This document shows positions 62,343 through 64,000 of a stretch of DNA of 64,000 nt, piece after piece. Origin of the DNA: a virus. Its lineage: Duplodnaviria > Caudoviricetes. Position 1 is the first letter of the stretch. The number at the start of each line of letters is the position of its first letter. The position numbers were made by a program, and so were the translations under genes. The notes under the pieces were generated by a model. The model had not been told where the DNA came from, searched no databases, and saw only the letters and a list, made by a program, of their open reading frames with translations. The stretch spans positions 16,507-80,506 of the IMG/VR virus record IMGVR_UViG_3300005345_000001. One strand, written 5' to 3'.

Positions 62343-63986
62343 CTATACAGGGGCACGGGGAAAGACCGATAACAGTCCAACCCCAAACTCGTAGGCGTCT
62401 TTGAAATTCTTGAACGTGGCGCTGCCACGCAGTGGATTGACGGCATACGCATTGGGAGCTAGCCAATTCGTGTTCAGCTCCCAATCCACCCGCCACCTGT
62501 CGGTTGTTGACGGGGACTGCAACCACTGGCTTAGCACTGGCAGGTCGGTGTCTGGCCCGCCCGTTAGCACCTCATAGGGGAAAGCCAGCGCACCAAGCGT
62601 GGCTTTGATCGCATCGCGTCTGTTCATGCTTCATCCTCTCTTTCGTAAAAGCTACGTGCATTGCCATCCGCCACCGTCTGTTGGCCAAGCTCACGCATCG
62701 ACTCCACCACCGCCTGCTTGATTATGCTGATAAACTTAGTCTCCATCGATGTCACGTGCGGCTCTAGCTGGGCCGGCTCGCAGTACAGTTCAACGGAGAA
62801 ATCCTTACCCTTCCCATCCGGCCTGGGGATTTCTTCTGCCTTAACGATGAGTTTAATCATTGTCCTCCTTCAATACCCTCCAACTTTGGCGATCGTATAC
62901 CAGCCTATCGTTGTACCACATCTTCATCACGCCCAGCGGATGCTCATTTAAGAATTGCAGCACCTCCGCCGTGGACTGGGTCTCAATGACATTGAACCTG
63001 TCGACCCCGCGTCTCCACTCACAGCGCCAGCCCGTCCGCACTGGTACCACTGGCACTGGCTCAGGCACCTTCGCCAGCGCCCCAGGCAGTAATGGCGCCG
63101 CCGCCGTAGCTAGCGCCGTCTTGGTTATGAATGATCTTCGGTTCATTTATTCCTTTCCTGTTATCTCACCCACCATCGTGTGCAATGCCTCGATTAACCG
63201 GCGCCTCAGCCATACCGCTTCTGCTTTGGTGTCGTAGTCCGGGCCTACGTTGAAACTTTGGTTGTCCACCTTCAGCCGCACCTGCCACACGTCAATCGAC
63301 GACCTATCCCCGTCGATAAACTTGATCACGACGTAGCGTGCTTCGCGTTTCATTAGTTCTTCTCTGGGTTAAAGGGCAGCGCGAACATGCGCCGCACCAA
63401 TTCTTTCTCGCGCTCATCAGTCATCTCAGTGTCGAAAAATACTATGCTGGATTGCGGTGAGATGCTGATAAAGATCTCCAGTGTCTTTTGGATCGTCTCC
63501 TCACTGGAGCCACCTTTGCGCATAACATTGATGGCGAATTCGCGTCGCGTCATAACCTATGGCTCGTGCACGATCACACAGCCCTGATCAGCGTAGCGCC
63601 TGCGATCGAACATCGTCCGAAACGTGATGTTGTAGTTATCCCGGTCCGGATGCTTGAACACGACGCACCCTTTGCCCAGCGCATCGGCATACCGCTTCAC
63701 CTCTGCTAGGTCCTTCCAGTCCATCTTAAACGGACTGCCGTGGACTGTTTTCATGCTATTCCCTTTGGTTTGTGGTTTGTGTATTGAGGAGACGGGCCCT
63801 GATCTTACTCAGTGCGCCTGCCTCCACAAAATCTACGCTCTGCCGGCTGATGCCTAGCATCTTGGCTACCGTCAATTGATCACGTACCTCCGTTAACTGG
63901 GCCGCGATAGCCCGTCCCGTCTTAATCTTAGCCATGCGTATCTGTTCACTGCCCGATTCCAAGCGCCGCCGGTATTGTTCGTTCAT
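62343..63986 (-). CDS. Seven small early-type hypothetical genes (62343-62627, 62624-62860, 62853-63146, 63147-63353, 63353-63553, 63557-63754, 63756-63986)
   Basis: Coupled ORFs. Two start MNRR-x(1-2)-IK/FI, which is Tat-signal-like. The last has a sigma70-r4-like HTH (QLEVAKML-type: QLTVAKMLGISRQSV). Confidence 0.55.
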
Positions 63987-64000
63987 TGGAAAAACAAAAG

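Noticed and set aside
246-63857. Numerous antisense or shadow ORFs in the six-frame track (e.g. 1125-1823, 2813-3403, 18800-19288, 26635-27654, 59709-60554)
   Set aside because: They overlap well-supported genes on the other strand or frame, lack motifs, and are expected in DNA of this GC content.
1-64000. CRISPR array, tRNA, rRNA or DGR template repeat
   Set aside because: I saw no regularly spaced repeats, cloverleafs, reverse transcriptase or adenine-specific variable repeat pairs. Fibre repeats differ at synonymous sites of all bases. tRNAscan was not run.

Overview
The window is a 64 kb slice of a tailed-phage or prophage genome of about 55% GC (my estimate). No DNA polymerase, terminase or portal gene lies inside it. 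Bases 1-30.7 kb, mostly + strand, hold a podovirus-style virion module with no tape-measure gene. It runs: probable capsid C-terminus, connector, four signal-peptide-bearing fibre/adhesin-like genes including a 2284-aa Thr-Asn-rich repeat protein, tail collar, a nozzle-like gene trio, and ejection proteins ending in a 2901-aa polyvalent protein with a HExxH motif. Bases 31-41 kb hold a glycan-modification island: 5 glycosyltransferase-like genes, 3 SAM methyltransferases, a radical SAM enzyme and an RfaE-II/HldE-type adenylyltransferase. Bases 41-47 kb hold a cold-shock protein, a non-canonical tyrosine recombinase, exported FN3/Ig proteins, and a RusA-like locus whose motifs are split over two overlapping reading frames. 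Bases 47-64 kb hold a long minus-strand run of small early-type genes, containing a ubiquitin-like module (Ubl ending GEKG, JAB peptidase, two tandem family-D E2-like proteins) with no E1 in the window. Six free-standing HNH endonuclease genes are scattered throughout. Motifs in the exported proteins suggest a Verrucomicrobiota/PVC host (inference). All family assignments come from motif recognition by eye, not from database searches.
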